The translations under genes and the position numbers were made by a program. Below, in pieces: positions 39,813-53,600 of a stretch of 64,000 nt of DNA; position 1 is the stretch's first letter; each line of letters opens with the position of its first letter. The stretch lies in NCBI RefSeq assembly GCF_009914755.1, contig NC_060942.1. The stretch is one strand, 5' to 3'. A model generated the notes under the pieces. That model was not told where the DNA came from. It saw nothing but the letters and a program-made list of their open reading frames with translations, and made no database searches. The stretch is from the human T2T-CHM13v2.0 reference genome, Homo sapiens.

Positions 39813-41847
39813 CTAAAGGAGTAGAACCTTTCTTTTCATAGAGAAGTTTTGAAACGCTCTTTTTGTGGAATCTGCAAGTGGATATTTGGCTAGTTTTGAG
39901 GATTTCGTTGGAAGCGGGAATTCATACAAATTGCAGACTGCAGCGTTCTGAGAAACATCTTTGTGATGTTTGTATTCAGGACACAGAGTTGAACATTCCC
40001 TATCATAGAGCAGGTTTGAATCACTCCTTTTGTAGTATCTGGAAGTGGACATTTGGAGCGCTTTCAGGCCTATGTTGGAAAAGGAAATATCTTCCCATAA
40101 CAACTAGACAGAAGCATTCTCAGAAACTTATTTGAGATGTGTGTACTCAACTAAGAGAATTGAACCACCGTTTTGAAGGAGCAGTTTTGAAACACTCTTT
40201 TTCTGGAATCTGCAAGTGGATATTTGGCTAGCTTTGGGGATTTCGCTGGAAGCGGGAATACATATAAAAAGCACACAGCAGCGTTCTGAGAAACTGCTTT
40301 CTGATGTTTGCATTCAAGTCAAAAGTTGAACACTCCCTTTCATAGAGCAGTCTTGAAACACCCCTTTTGTAGTATCTGGAACTGGACTTTTGGAGCGATT
40401 TCAGGGCTAAGGTGAAAAAGGAAATATCTTCCCATAAAAACTGGACAGAAGCATTCTCAGAAACTTGGTTATGCTGTATCTACTCAACTAACAAAGTTGA
40501 ACCTTTCTTTTGATAGAGCAGTTTTGAAATGGTCTTTTTGTGGAATCTGCAAGTGGATATTTGGCTAGTTTTGAGGATTTCGTTGGAAGCGGGAATTCAT
40601 ACAAATTGCAGACTGCAGCGTTCTGAGAAACATCTTTGTGATGTTTGTATTCAGGACACAGAGTTGAACATTCCCTATCATAGAGCAGGTTGGAATCACT
40701 CCTTTTGTAGTATCTGGAAGTGGACATTTGGAGCGCTTTCAGGCCTATTTTGGAAAGGGAAATATCTTCCCGTAACAACTATGCAGAAGCATTCTCAGAA
40801 ACTTGTTTGTGATGTGTGCCCTCTACTGACAGAGTTGAACCTTTCTTTTCATAGAGCAGTTTTGAAACACTCTTTTTGTAGAATCTGCAAGAGGATATTT
40901 GCATAGCTTTGAGGATTTCGTGGGAAACGGGATTGTCTTCAGGTAAAATCTAGACAGAAGCATTCTCAGAAACTTCTTTGGGATGTTTGCATTCAAGTCA
41001 CAGAGTAGAACATTCCCTTTGGTAGAGCAGGTTTGAAACACTCTTTTTGTAGTATCTGGAAGTGGACATTTGGAGCGCTTTCAGGCCCATGTTGGAAAGG
41101 GAAATATCTTCCCGTAACAACTAGGCAGAAGCATTCTCAGAAACTTATTTGAGATGTGTGTACTCAACTAAGAGAATTGAACCACCGTTTTGAAGGAGCA
41201 GTTTTGAAACACTCTTTTTCTGGAATCTGCAAGAGTATATTTGCCTAGCCTTGAGGATTTCGTTGGAAACGGGATTGTCTTCAGAGAAAATCTAGACAGA
41301 AGCATTCTCAGAAACTTCTTTGGGATGTTTGCATTCAAGTCACAGAGTAGAACATTCCCTTTGGTAGAGCAGGTTTGAAACACTCTTTTTGTAGTATCTG
41401 GAAGTGGACATTTGGAGCGCTTTCAGGCCTACGTTGGAAAAGGAAATATCTTCCCATAACAACTAGACAGAAGCATTCTCAGAAACTAGTTTCTGATGTG
41501 TGTCCTCAACTAACACAGTTGAACATTTCTTTAGACAGAACAGTTTTGAAACACTCTTTTTGTGGAATCTGCAAGTGGCTATTTGGCTAGATTTGAGGAT
41601 TTCGTTGGAAACGGGATTACATATAAAAAGCAGTCAGCAGCATTCTCAGAAAGTTCTTTGTGATGATTGCATTCAAGTCACAGAATTGAACATTCCCTTT
41701 CACAGAGCAGGTTTGAAACACTCTTTTTGTAGTGTGTGTAAGTGGACATTTGGAGCACTTACCGGCCTAAGGTGAAAAAGGAAATATCTTCCCATAAAAA
41801 CTAGACAGAAGCATTCTCAGAAACTTACTCGTGATGTGTGTCCTCAA

Positions 41848-42865
41848 CTAAAGGAGTAGAACCTTTCTTTTCATAGAGAAGTTTTGAAACGCTCTTTTTG
41901 TGGAATCTGCAAGTGGATATTTGGCTAGTTTTGAGGATTTCGTTGGAAGCGGGAATTCATACAAATTGCAGACTGCAGCGTTCTGAGAAACATCTTTGTG
42001 ATGTTTGTATTCAGGACACAGAGTTGAACATTCCCTATCATAGAGCAGGTTGGAATCACTCCTTTTGTAGTATCTGGAAGTGGACATTTGGAGCGCTTTC
42101 AGGCCTATGTTGGAAAAGGAAATATCTTCCCATAACAACTAGACAGAAGCATTCTCAGAAACTTATTTGAGATGTGTGTACTCAACTAAGAGAATTGAAC
42201 CACCGTTTTGAAGGAGCAGTTTTGAAACACTCTTTTTCTGGAATCTGCAAGAGTATATTTGCCTAGCCTTGAGGATTTCGTTGGAAACGGGATTGTCTTC
42301 AGAGAAAATCTAGACAGAAGCATTCTCAGAAACTTCTTTGGGATGTTTGCATTCAAGTCACAGAGTAGAACATTCCCTTTGGTAGAGCAGGTTTGAAACA
42401 CTCTTTTTGTAGTATCTGGAAGTGGACATTTGGAGCGCTTTCAGGCCTACGTTGGAAAAGGAAATATCTTCCCATAACAACTAGACAGAAGCATTCTCAG
42501 AAACTAGTTTCTGATGTGTGTCCTCAACTAACACAGTTGAACATTTCTTTAGACAGAACAGTTTTGAAACACTCTTTTTGTGGAATCTGCAAGTGGCTAT
42601 TTGGCTAGATTTGAGGATTTCGTTGGAAACGGGATTACATATAAAAAGCAGTCAGCAGCATTCTCAGAAAGTTCTTTGTGATGATTGCATTCAAGTCACA
42701 GAATTGAACATTCCCTTTCACAGAGCAGGTTTGAAACACTCTTTTTGTAGTGTGTGTAAGTGGACATTTGGAGCACTTACCGGCCTAAGGTGAAAAAGGA
42801 AATATCTTCCCATAAAAACTAGACAGAAGCATTCTCAGAAACTTACTCGTGATGTGTGTCCTCAA
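41848..42865. repeat. 6-mer HOR deletion variant (1018 bp)
   Basis: Landmark spacing is 1018; same junction. Confidence 0.96.
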
Positions 42866-44900
42866 CTAAAGGAGTAGAACCTTTCTTTTCATAGAGAAGT
42901 TTTGAAACGCTCTTTTTGTGGAATCTGCAAGTGGATATTTGGCTAGTTTTGAGGATTTCGTTGGAAGCGGGAATTCATACAAATTGCAGACTGCAGCGTT
43001 CTGAGAAACATCTTTGTGATGTTTGTATTCAGGACACAGAGTTGAACATTCCCTATCATAGAGCAGGTTTGAATCACTCCTTTTGTAGTATCTGGAAGTG
43101 GACATTTGGAGCGCTTTCAGGCCTATGTTGGAAAAGGAAATATCTTCCCATAACAACTAGACAGAAGCATTCTCAGAAACTTATTTGAGATGTGTGTACT
43201 CAACTAAGAGAATTGAACCACCGTTTTGAAGGAGCAGTTTTGAAACACTCTTTTTCTGGAATCTGCAAGTGGATATTTGGCTAGCTTTGGGGATTTCGCT
43301 GGAAGCGGGAATACATATAAAAAGCACACAGCAGCGTTCTGAGAAACTGCTTTCTGATGTTTGCATTCAAGTCAAAAGTTGAACACTCCCTTTCATAGAG
43401 CAGTCTTGAAACACCCCTTTTGTAGTATCTGGAACTGGACTTTTGGAGCGATTTCAGGGCTAAGGTGAAAAAGGAAATATCTTCCCATAAAAACTGGACA
43501 GAAGCATTCTCAGAAACTTGGTTATGCTGTATCTACTCAACTAACAAAGTTGAACCTTTCTTTTGATAGAGCAGTTTTGAAATGGTCTTTTTGTGGAATC
43601 TGCAAGTGGATATTTGGCTAGTTTTGAGGATTTCGTTGGAAGCGGGAATTCATACAAATTGCAGACTGCAGCGTTCTGAGAAACATCTTTGTGATGTTTG
43701 TATTCAGGACACAGAGTTGAACATTCCCTATCATAGAGCAGGTTGGAATCACTCCTTTTGTAGTATCTGGAAGTGGACATTTGGAGCGCTTTCAGGCCTA
43801 TTTTGGAAAGGGAAATATCTTCCCGTAACAACTATGCAGAAGCATTCTCAGAAACTTGTTTGTGATGTGTGCCCTCTACTGACAGAGTTGAACCTTTCTT
43901 TTCATAGAGCAGTTTTGAAACACTCTTTTTGTAGAATCTGCAAGAGGATATTTGCATAGCTTTGAGGATTTCGTGGGAAACGGGATTGTCTTCAGGTAAA
44001 ATCTAGACAGAAGCATTCTCAGAAACTTCTTTGGGATGTTTGCATTCAAGTCACAGAGTAGAACATTCCCTTTGGTAGAGCAGGTTTGAAACACTCTTTT
44101 TGTAGTATCTGGAAGTGGACATTTGGAGCGCTTTCAGGCCCATGTTGGAAAGGGAAATATCTTCCCGTAACAACTAGGCAGAAGCATTCTCAGAAACTTA
44201 TTTGAGATGTGTGTACTCAACTAAGAGAATTGAACCACCGTTTTGAAGGAGCAGTTTTGAAACACTCTTTTTCTGGAATCTGCAAGAGTATATTTGCCTA
44301 GCCTTGAGGATTTCGTTGGAAACGGGATTGTCTTCAGAGAAAATCTAGACAGAAGCATTCTCAGAAACTTCTTTGGGATGTTTGCATTCAAGTCACAGAG
44401 TAGAACATTCCCTTTGGTAGAGCAGGTTTGAAACACTCTTTTTGTAGTATCTGGAAGTGGACATTTGGAGCGCTTTCAGGCCTACGTTGGAAAAGGAAAT
44501 ATCTTCCCATAACAACTAGACAGAAGCATTCTCAGAAACTAGTTTCTGATGTGTGTCCTCAACTAACACAGTTGAACATTTCTTTAGACAGAACAGTTTT
44601 GAAACACTCTTTTTGTGGAATCTGCAAGTGGCTATTTGGCTGGATTTGAGGATTTCGTTGGAAACGGGATTACATATAAAAAGCAGTCAGCAGCATTCTC
44701 AGAAAGTTCTTTGTGATGATTGCATTCAAGTCACAGAATTGAACATTCCCTTTCACAGAGCAGGTTTGAAACACTCTTTTTGTAGTGTGTGTAAGTGGAC
44801 ATTTGGAGCACTTACCGGCCTAAGGTGAAAAAGGAAATATCTTCCCATAAAAACTAGACAGAAGCATTCTCAGAAACTTACTCGTGATGTGTGTCCTCAA

Positions 44901-47610
44901 CTAAAGGAGTAGAACCTTTCTTTTCATAGAGAAGTTTTGAAACGCTCTTTTTGTGGAATCTGCAAGTGGATATTTGGCTAGTTTTGAGGATTTCGTTGGA
45001 AGCGGGAATTCATACAAATTGCAGACTGCAGCGTTCTGAGAAACATCTTTGTGATGTTTGTATTCAGGACACAGAGTTGAACATTCCCTATCATAGAGCA
45101 GGTTGGAATCACTCCTTTTGTAGTATCTGGAAGTGGACATTTGGAGCGCTTTCAGGCCTATGTTGGAAAAGGAAATATCTTCCCATAACAACTAGACAGA
45201 AGCATTCTCAGAAACTTATTTGAGATGTGTGTACTCAACTAAGAGAATTGAACCACCGTTTTGAAGGAGCAGTTTTGAAACACTCTTTTTCTGGAATCTG
45301 CAAGTGGATATTTGGCTAGCTTTGGGGATTTCGCTGGAAGCGGGAATACATATAAAAAGCACACAGCAGCGTTCTGAGAAACTGCTTTCTGATGTTTGCA
45401 TTCAAGTCAAAAGTTGAACACTCCCTTTCATAGAGCAGTCTTGAAACACCCCTTTTGTAGTATCTGGAACTGGACTTTTGGAGCGATTTCAGGGCTAAGG
45501 TGAAAAAGGAAATATCTTCCCATAAAAACTGGACAGAAGCATTCTCAGAAACTTGGTTATGCTGTATCTACTCAACTAACAAAGTTGAACCTTTCTTTTG
45601 ATAGAGCAGTTTTGAAATGGTCTTTTTGTGGAATCTGCAAGTGGATATTTGGCTAGTTTTGAGGATTTCGTTGGAAGCGGGAATTCATACAAATTGCAGA
45701 CTGCAGCGTTCTGAGAAACATCTTTGTGATGTTTGTATTCAGGACACAGAGTTGAACATTCCCTATCATAGAGCAGGTTGGAATCACTCCTTTTGTAGTA
45801 TCTGGAAGTGGACATTTGGAGCGCTTTCAGGCCTATGTTGGAAAAGGAAATATCTTCCCGTAACAACTAGACAGAAGCATTCTCAGAAACTTATTTGAGA
45901 TGTGTGTACTCAACTAAGAGAATTGAACCACCGTTTTGAAGGAGCAGTTTTGAAACTCTCTTTTTCTGGAATCTGCAAGTGGATATTTGGCTAGCTTTGG
46001 GGATTTCGCTGGAAGCGGGAATACATATAAAAAGCACACAGCAGCGTTCTGAGAAACTGCTTTCTGATGTTTGCATTCAAGTCAAAAGTTGAACACTCCC
46101 TTTCATAGAGCAGTCTTGAAACACCCGTTTTGTAGTATCTGGAACTGGACTTTTGGAGCGATTTCAGGGCTAAGGTGAAAAAGGAAATATCTTCCCATAA
46201 AAACTGGACAGAAGCATTCTCAGAAACTTGTTTATGCTGTAACTACTCAACTAACAAAGTTGAACCTTTCTTTTGATAGAGCAGTTTTGAAATGGTCTTT
46301 TTGTGGAATCTGCAAGTGGATATTTGGCTAGTTTTGAGGATTTCGTTGGAAGCAGGAATTCATACAAATTGCAGACTGCAGCGTTCTGAGAAACATCTTT
46401 GTGATGTTTGTATTCAGGACACAGAGTTGAACATTCCCTATCATAGAGCAGGTTGGAATCACTCCTTTTGTAGTATCTGGAAGTGGACATTTGGAGCGCT
46501 TTCAGGCCTATTTTGGAAAGGGAAATATCTTCCCGTAACAACTATGCAGAAGCATTCTCAGAAACTTGTTTGTGATGTGTGCCCTCTACTGACAGAGTTG
46601 AACCTTTCTTTTCATAGAGCAGTTTTGAAACACTCTTTTTGTAGAATCTGCAAGAGGATATTTGCATAGCTTTGAGGATTTCGTGGGAAACGGGATTGTC
46701 TTCAGGTAAAATCTAGACAGAAGCATTCTCAGAAACTTCTTTGGGATGTTTGCATTCAAGTCACAGAGTAGAACATTCCCTTTGGTAGAGCAGGTTTGAA
46801 ACACTCTTTTTGTAGTATCTGGAAGTGGACATTTGGAGCGCTTTCAGGCCCATGTTGGAAAGGGAAATATCTTCCCGTAACAACTAGGCAGAAGCATTCT
46901 CAGAAACTTATTTGAGATGTGTGTACTCAACTAAGAGAATTGAACCACCGTTTTGAAGGAGCAGTTTTGAAACACTCTTTTTCTGGAATCTGCAAGAGTA
47001 TATTTGCCTAGCCTTGAGGATTTCGTTGGAAACGGGATTGTCTTCAGAGAAAATCTAGACAGAAGCATTCTCAGAAACTTCTTTGGGATGTTTGCATTCA
47101 AGTCACAGAGTAGAACATTCCCTTTGGTAGAGCAGGTTTGAAACACTCTTTTTTTAGTATATGGAAGTGGACATTTTGATCGCTTTCAGGCCTACGTTGG
47201 AAAAGGAAATATCTTCCCATAACAACTAGACAGAAGCATTCTCAGAAACTAGTTTCTGATGTGTGTCCTCAACTAACACAGTTGAACATTTCTTTAGACA
47301 GAACAGTTTTGAAACACTCTTTTTGTGGAATCTGCAAGTGGCTATTTGGCTAGATTTGAGGATTTCGTTGGAAACGGGATTACATATAAAAAGCAGTCAG
47401 CAGCATTCTCAGAAAGTTCTTTGTGATGATTGCATTCAAGTCACAGAATTGAACATTCCCTTTCACAGAGCAGGTTTGAAACACTCTTTTTGTAGTGTGT
47501 GTAAGTGGACATTTGGAGCACTTACCGGCCTAAGGTGAAAAAGGAAATATCTTCCCATAAAAACTAGACAGAAGCATTCTCAGAAACTTACTCGTGATGT
47601 GTGTCCTCAA
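44901..47610. repeat. 16-mer HOR variant (2710 bp) with an internal 675-bp 4-monomer tandem duplication
   Basis: Landmark spacing is 2710 = 2035+675. The dimer-2 marker (GGGGATTTCGCTGG...CACACAGCAGCG) occurs twice, at ~45325 and ~46000. Confidence 0.95.
46341..46357 (+). promoter_or_regulatory. Disrupted CENP-B box (CGGG>CAGG)
   Basis: TTTCGTTGGAAGCAGGA; G>A at 46354 in a core CpG. Confidence 0.9.
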
Positions 47611-50600
47611 CTAAAGGAGTAGAACCTTTCTTTTCATAGAGAAGTTTTGAAACGCTCTTTTTGTGGAATCTGCAAGTGGATATTTGGCTAGTTTTGAGGA
47701 TTTCGTTGGAAGCGGGAATTCATACAAATTGCAGACTGCAGCGTTCTGAGAAACATCTTTGTGATGTTTGTATTCAGGACACAGAGTTGAACATTCCCTA
47801 TCATAGAGCAGGTTGGAATCACTCCTTTTGTAGTATCTGGAAGTGGACATTTGGAGCGCTTTCAGGCCTATGTTGGAAAAGGAAATATCTTCCCATAACA
47901 ACTAGACAGAAGCATTCTCAGAAACTTATTTGAGATGTGTGTACTCAACTAAGAGAATTGAACCACCGTTTTGAAGGAGCAGTTTTGAAACTCTCTTTTT
48001 CTGGAATCTGCAAGTGGATATTTGGCTAGCTTTGGGGATTTCGCTGGAAGCGGGAATACATATAAAAAGCACACAGCAGCGTTCTGAGAAACTGCTTTCT
48101 GATGTTTGCATTCAAGTCAAAAGTTGAACACTCCCTTTCATAGAGCAGTCTTGAAACACCCCTTTTGTAGTATCTGGAACTGGACTTTTGGAGCGATTTC
48201 AGGGCTAAGGTGAAAAAGGAAATATCTTCCCATAAAAACTGGACAGAAGCATTCTCAGAAACTTGTTTATGCTGTATCTACTCAACTAACAAAGTTGAAC
48301 CTTTCTTTTGATAGAGCAGTTTTGAAATGGTCTTTTTGTGGAATCTGCAAGTGGATATTTGGCTAGTTTTGAGGATTTCGTTGGAAGCGGGAATTCATAC
48401 AAATTGCAGACTGCAGCGTTCTGAGAAACATCTTTGTGATGTTTGTATTCAGGACACAGAGTTGAACATTCCCTATCATAGAGCAGGTTGGAATCACTCC
48501 TTTTGTAGTATCTGGAAGTGGACATTTGGAGCGCTTTCAGGCCTATTTTGGAAAGGGAAATATCTTCCCGTAACAACTATGCAGAAGCATTCTCAGAAAC
48601 TTGTTTGTGATGTGTGCCCTCTACTGACAGAGTTGAACCTTTCTTTTCATAGAGCAGTTTTGAAACACTCTTTTTGTAGAATCTGCAAGAGGATATTTGC
48701 ATAGCTTTGAGGATTTCGTGGGAAACGGGATTGTCTTCAGGTAAAATCTAGACAGAAGCATTCTCAGAAACTTCTTTGGGATGTTTGCATTCAAGTCACA
48801 GAGTAGAACATTCCCTTTGGTAGAGCAGGTTTGAAACACTCTTTTTGTAGTATCTGGAAGTGGACATTTGGAGCGCTTTCAGGCCCATGTTGGAAAGGGA
48901 AATATCTTCCCGTAACAACTAGGCAGAAGCATTCTCAGAAACTTATTTGAGATGTGTGTACTCAACTAAGAGAATTGAACCACCGTTTTGAAGGAGCAGT
49001 TTTGAAACACTCTTTTTCTGGAATCTGCAAGAGTATATTTGCCTAGCCTTGAGGATTTCGTTGGAAACGGGATTGTCTTCAGAGAAAATCTAGACAGAAG
49101 CATTCTCAGAAACTTCTTTGGGATGTTTGCATTCAAGTCACAGAGTAGAACATTCCCTTTGGTAGAGCAGGTTTGAAACACTCTTTTTTTAGTATCTGGA
49201 AGTGGACATTTGGAGCGCTTTCAGGCCTACGTTGGAAAAGGAAATATCTTCCCATAACAACTAGACAGAAGCATTCTCAGAAACTAGTTTCTGATGTGTG
49301 TCCTCAACTAACACAGTTGAACATTTCTTTAGACAGAACAGTTTTGAAACACTCTTTTTGTGGAATCTGCAAGTGGCTATTTGGCTAGATTTGAGGATTT
49401 CGTTGGAAACGGGATTACATATAAAAAGCAGTCAGCAGCATTCTCAGAAAGTTCTTTGTGATGATTGCATTCAAGTCACAGAATTGAACATTCCCTTTCA
49501 CAGAGCAGGTTTGAAACACTCTTTTTGTAGTGTGTGTAAGTGGACATTTGGAGCACTTACCGGCCTAAGGTGAAAAAGGAAATATCTTCCCATAAAAACT
49601 AGACAGAAGCATTCTCAGAAACTTACTCGTGATGTGTGTCCTCAACTAAAGGAGTAGAACCTTTCTTTTCATAGAGAAGTTTTGAAACGCTCTTTTTGTG
49701 GAATCTGCAAGTGGATATTTGGCTAGTTTTGAGGATTTCGTTGGAAGCGGGAATTCATACAAATTGCAGACTGCAGCGTTCTGAGAAACATCTTTGTGAT
49801 GTTTGTATTCAGGACACAGAGTTGAACATTCCCTATCATAGAGCAGGTTTGAATCACTCCTTTTGTAGTATCTGGAAGTGGACATTTGGAGCGCTTTCAG
49901 GCCTATGTTGGAAAAGGAAATATCTTCCCATAACAACTAGACAGAAGCATTCTCAGAAACTTATTTGAGATGTGTGTACTCAACTAAGAGAATTGAACCA
50001 CCGTTTTGAAGGAGCAGTTTTGAAACTCTCTTTTTCTGGAATCTGCAAGTGGATATTTGGCTAGCTTTGGGGATTTCGCTGGAAGCGGGAATACATATAA
50101 AAAGCACACAGCAGCGTTCTGAGAAACTGCTTTCTGATGTTTGCATTCAAGTCAAAAGTTGAACACTCCCTTTCATAGAGCAGTCTTGAAACACCCCTTT
50201 TGTAGTATCTGGAACTGGACTTTTGGAGCGATTTCAGGGCTAAGGTGAAAAAGGAAATATCTTCCCATAAAAACTGGACAGAAGCATTCTCAGAAACTTG
50301 TTTATGCTGTATCTACTCAACTAACAAAGTTGAACCTTTCTTTTGATAGAGCAGTTTTGAAATGGTCTTTTTGTGGAATCTGCAAGTGGATATTTGGCTA
50401 GTTTTGAGGATTTCGTTGGAAGCGGGAATTCATACAAATTGCAGACTGCAGCGTTCTGAGAAACATCTTTGTGATGTTTGTATTCAGGACACAGAGTTGA
50501 ACATTCCCTATCATAGAGCAGGTTGGAATCACTCCTTTTGTAGTATCTGGAAGTGGACATTTGGAGCGCTTTCAGGCCTATTTTGGAAAGGGAAATATCT

Positions 50601-53600
50601 TCCCGTAACAACTATGCAGAAGCATTCTCAGAAACTTGTTTGTGATGTGTGCCCTCTACTGACAGAGTTGAACCTTTCTTTTCATAGAGCAGTTTTGAAA
50701 CACTCTTTTTGTAGAATCTGCAAGAGGATATTTGCATAGCTTTGAGGATTTCGTGGGAAACGGGATTGTCTTCAGGTAAAATCTAGACAGAAGCATTCTC
50801 AGAAACTTCTTTGGGATGTTTGCATTCAAGTCACAGAGTAGAACATTCCCTTTGGTAGAGCAGGTTTGAAACACTCTTTTTGTAGTATCTGGAAGTGGAC
50901 ATTTGGAGCGCTTTCAGGCCCATGTTGGAAAGGGAAATATCTTCCCGTAACAACTAGGCAGAAGCATTCTCAGAAACTTATTTGAGATGTGTGTACTCAA
51001 CTAAGAGAATTGAACCACCGTTTTGAAGGAGCAGTTTTGAAACACTCTTTTTCTGGAATCTGCAAGAGTATATTTGCCTAGCCTTGAGGATTTCGTTGGA
51101 AACGGGATTGTCTTCAGAGAAAATCTAGACAGAAGCATTCTCAGAAACTTCTTTGGGATGTTTGCATTCAAGTCACAGAGTAGAACATTCCCTTTGGTAG
51201 AGCAGGTTTGAAACACTCTTTTTTTAGTATATGGAAGTGGACATTTGGAGCGCTTTCAGGCCTACGTTGGAAAAGGAAATATCTTCCCATAACAACTAGA
51301 CAGAAGCATTCTCAGAAACTAGTTTCTGATGTGTGTCCTCAACTAACACAGTTGAACATTTCTTTAGACAGAACAGTTTTGAAACACTCTTTTTGTGGAA
51401 TCTGCAAGTGGCTATTTGGCTAGATTTGAGGATTTCGTTGGAAACGGGATTACATATAAAAAGCAGTCAGCAGCATTCTCAGAAAGTTCTTTGTGATGAT
51501 TGCATTCAAGTCACAGAATTGAACATTCCCTTTCACAGAGCAGGTTTGAAACACTCTTTTTGTAGTGTGTGTAAGTGGACATTTGGAGCACTTACCGGCC
51601 TAAGGTGAAAAAGGAAATATCTTCCCATAAAAACTAGACAGAAGCATTCTCAGAAACTTACTCGTGATGTGTGTCCTCAACTAAAGGAGTAGAACCTTTC
51701 TTTTCATAGAGAAGTTTTGAAACGCTCTTTTTGTGGAATCTGCAAGTGGATATTTGGCTAGTTTTGAGGATTTCGTTGGAAGCGGGAATTCATACAAATT
51801 GCAGACTGCAGCGTTCTGAGAAACATCTTTGTGATGTTTGTATTCAGGACACAGAGTTGAACATTCCCTAACATAGAGCAGGTTTGAATCACTCCTTTTG
51901 TAGTATCTGGAAGTGGACATTTGGAGTGCTTTCAGGCCTATGTTGGAAAAGGAAATATCTTCCCATAACAACTAGACAGAAGCATTCTCAGAAACTTATT
52001 TGAGATGTGTGTACTCAACTAAGAGAATTGAACCACCGTTTTGAAGGAGCAGTTTTGAAACACTCTTTTTCTGGAATCTGCAAGTGGATATTTGGCTAGC
52101 TTTGGGGATTTCGCTGGAAGCGGGAATACATATAAAAAGCACACAGCAGCGTTCTGAGAAACTGCTTTCTGATGTTTGCATTCAAGTCAAAAGTTGAACA
52201 CTCCCTTTCATAGAGCAGTCTTGAAACACCCCTTTTGTAGTATCTGGAACTGGACTTTTGGAGCGATTTCAGGGCTAAGGTGAAAAAGGAAATATCTTCC
52301 CATAAAAACTGGACAGAAGCATTCTCAGAAACTTGGTTATGCTGTATCTACTCAACTAACAAAGTTGAACCTTTCTTTTGATAGAGCAGTTTTGAAATGG
52401 TCTTTTTGTGGAATCTGCAAGTGGATATTTGGCTAGTTTTGAGGATTTCGTTGGAAGCGGGAATTCATACAAATTGCAGACTGCAGCGTTCTGAGAAACA
52501 TCTTTGTGATGTTTGTATTCAGGACACAGAGTTGAACATTCCCTATCATAGAGCAGGTTGGAATCACTCCTTTTGTAGTATCTGGAAGTGGACATTTGGA
52601 GCGCTTTCAGGCCTATTTTGGAAAGGGAAATATCTTCCCGTAACAACTATGCAGAAGCATTCTCAGAAACTTGTTTGTGATGTGTGCCCTCTACTGACAG
52701 AGTTGAACCTTTCTTTTCATAGAGCAGTTTTGAAACACTCTTTTTGTAGAATCTGCAAGAGGATATTTGCATAGCTTTGAGGATTTCGTGGGAAACGGGA
52801 TTGTCTTCAGGTAAAATCTAGACAGAAGCATTCTCAGAAACTTCTTTGGGATGTTTGCATTCAAGTCACAGAGTAGAACATTCCCTTTGGTAGAGCAGGT
52901 TTGAAACACTCTTTTTGTAGTATCTGGAAGTGGACATTTGGAGCGCTTTCAGGCCCATGTTGGAAAGGGAAATATCTTCCCGTAACAACTAGGCAGAAGC
53001 ATTCTCAGAAACTTATTTGAGATGTGTGTACTCAACTAAGAGAATTGAACCACCGTTTTGAAGGAGCAGTTTTGAAACACTCTTTTTCTGGAATCTGCAA
53101 GAGTATATTTGCCTAGCCTTGAGGATTTCGTTGGAAACGGGATTGTCTTCAGAGAAAATCTAGACAGAAGCATTCTCAGAAACTTCTTTGGGATGTTTGC
53201 ATTCAAGTCACAGAGTAGAACATTCCCTTTGGTAGAGCAGGTTTGAAACACTCTTTTTTTAGTATATGGAAGTGGACATTTGGAGCGCTTTCAGGCCTAC
53301 GTTGGAAAAGGAAATATCTTCCCATAACAACTAGACAGAAGCATTCTCAGAAACTAGTTTCTGATGTGTGTCCTCAACTAACACAGTTGAACATTTCTTT
53401 AGACAGAACAGTTTTGAAACACTCTTTTTGTGGAATCTGCAAGTGGCTATTTGGCTAGATTTGAGGATTTCGTTGGAAACGGGATTACATATAAAAAGCA
53501 GTCAGCAGCATTCTCAGAAAGTTCTTTGTGATGATTGCATTCAAGTCACAGAATTGAACATTCCCTTTCACAGAGCAGGTTTGAAACACTCTTTTTGTAG

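Larger units (their letters stand above)
35742..44900. repeat. (6-mer + 12-mer) x3 tandem super-repeat, period 3053 bp
   Basis: 6-mers start at 35742, 38795 and 41848 (spacing 3053), each followed by exactly one 12-mer. Confidence 0.93.
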
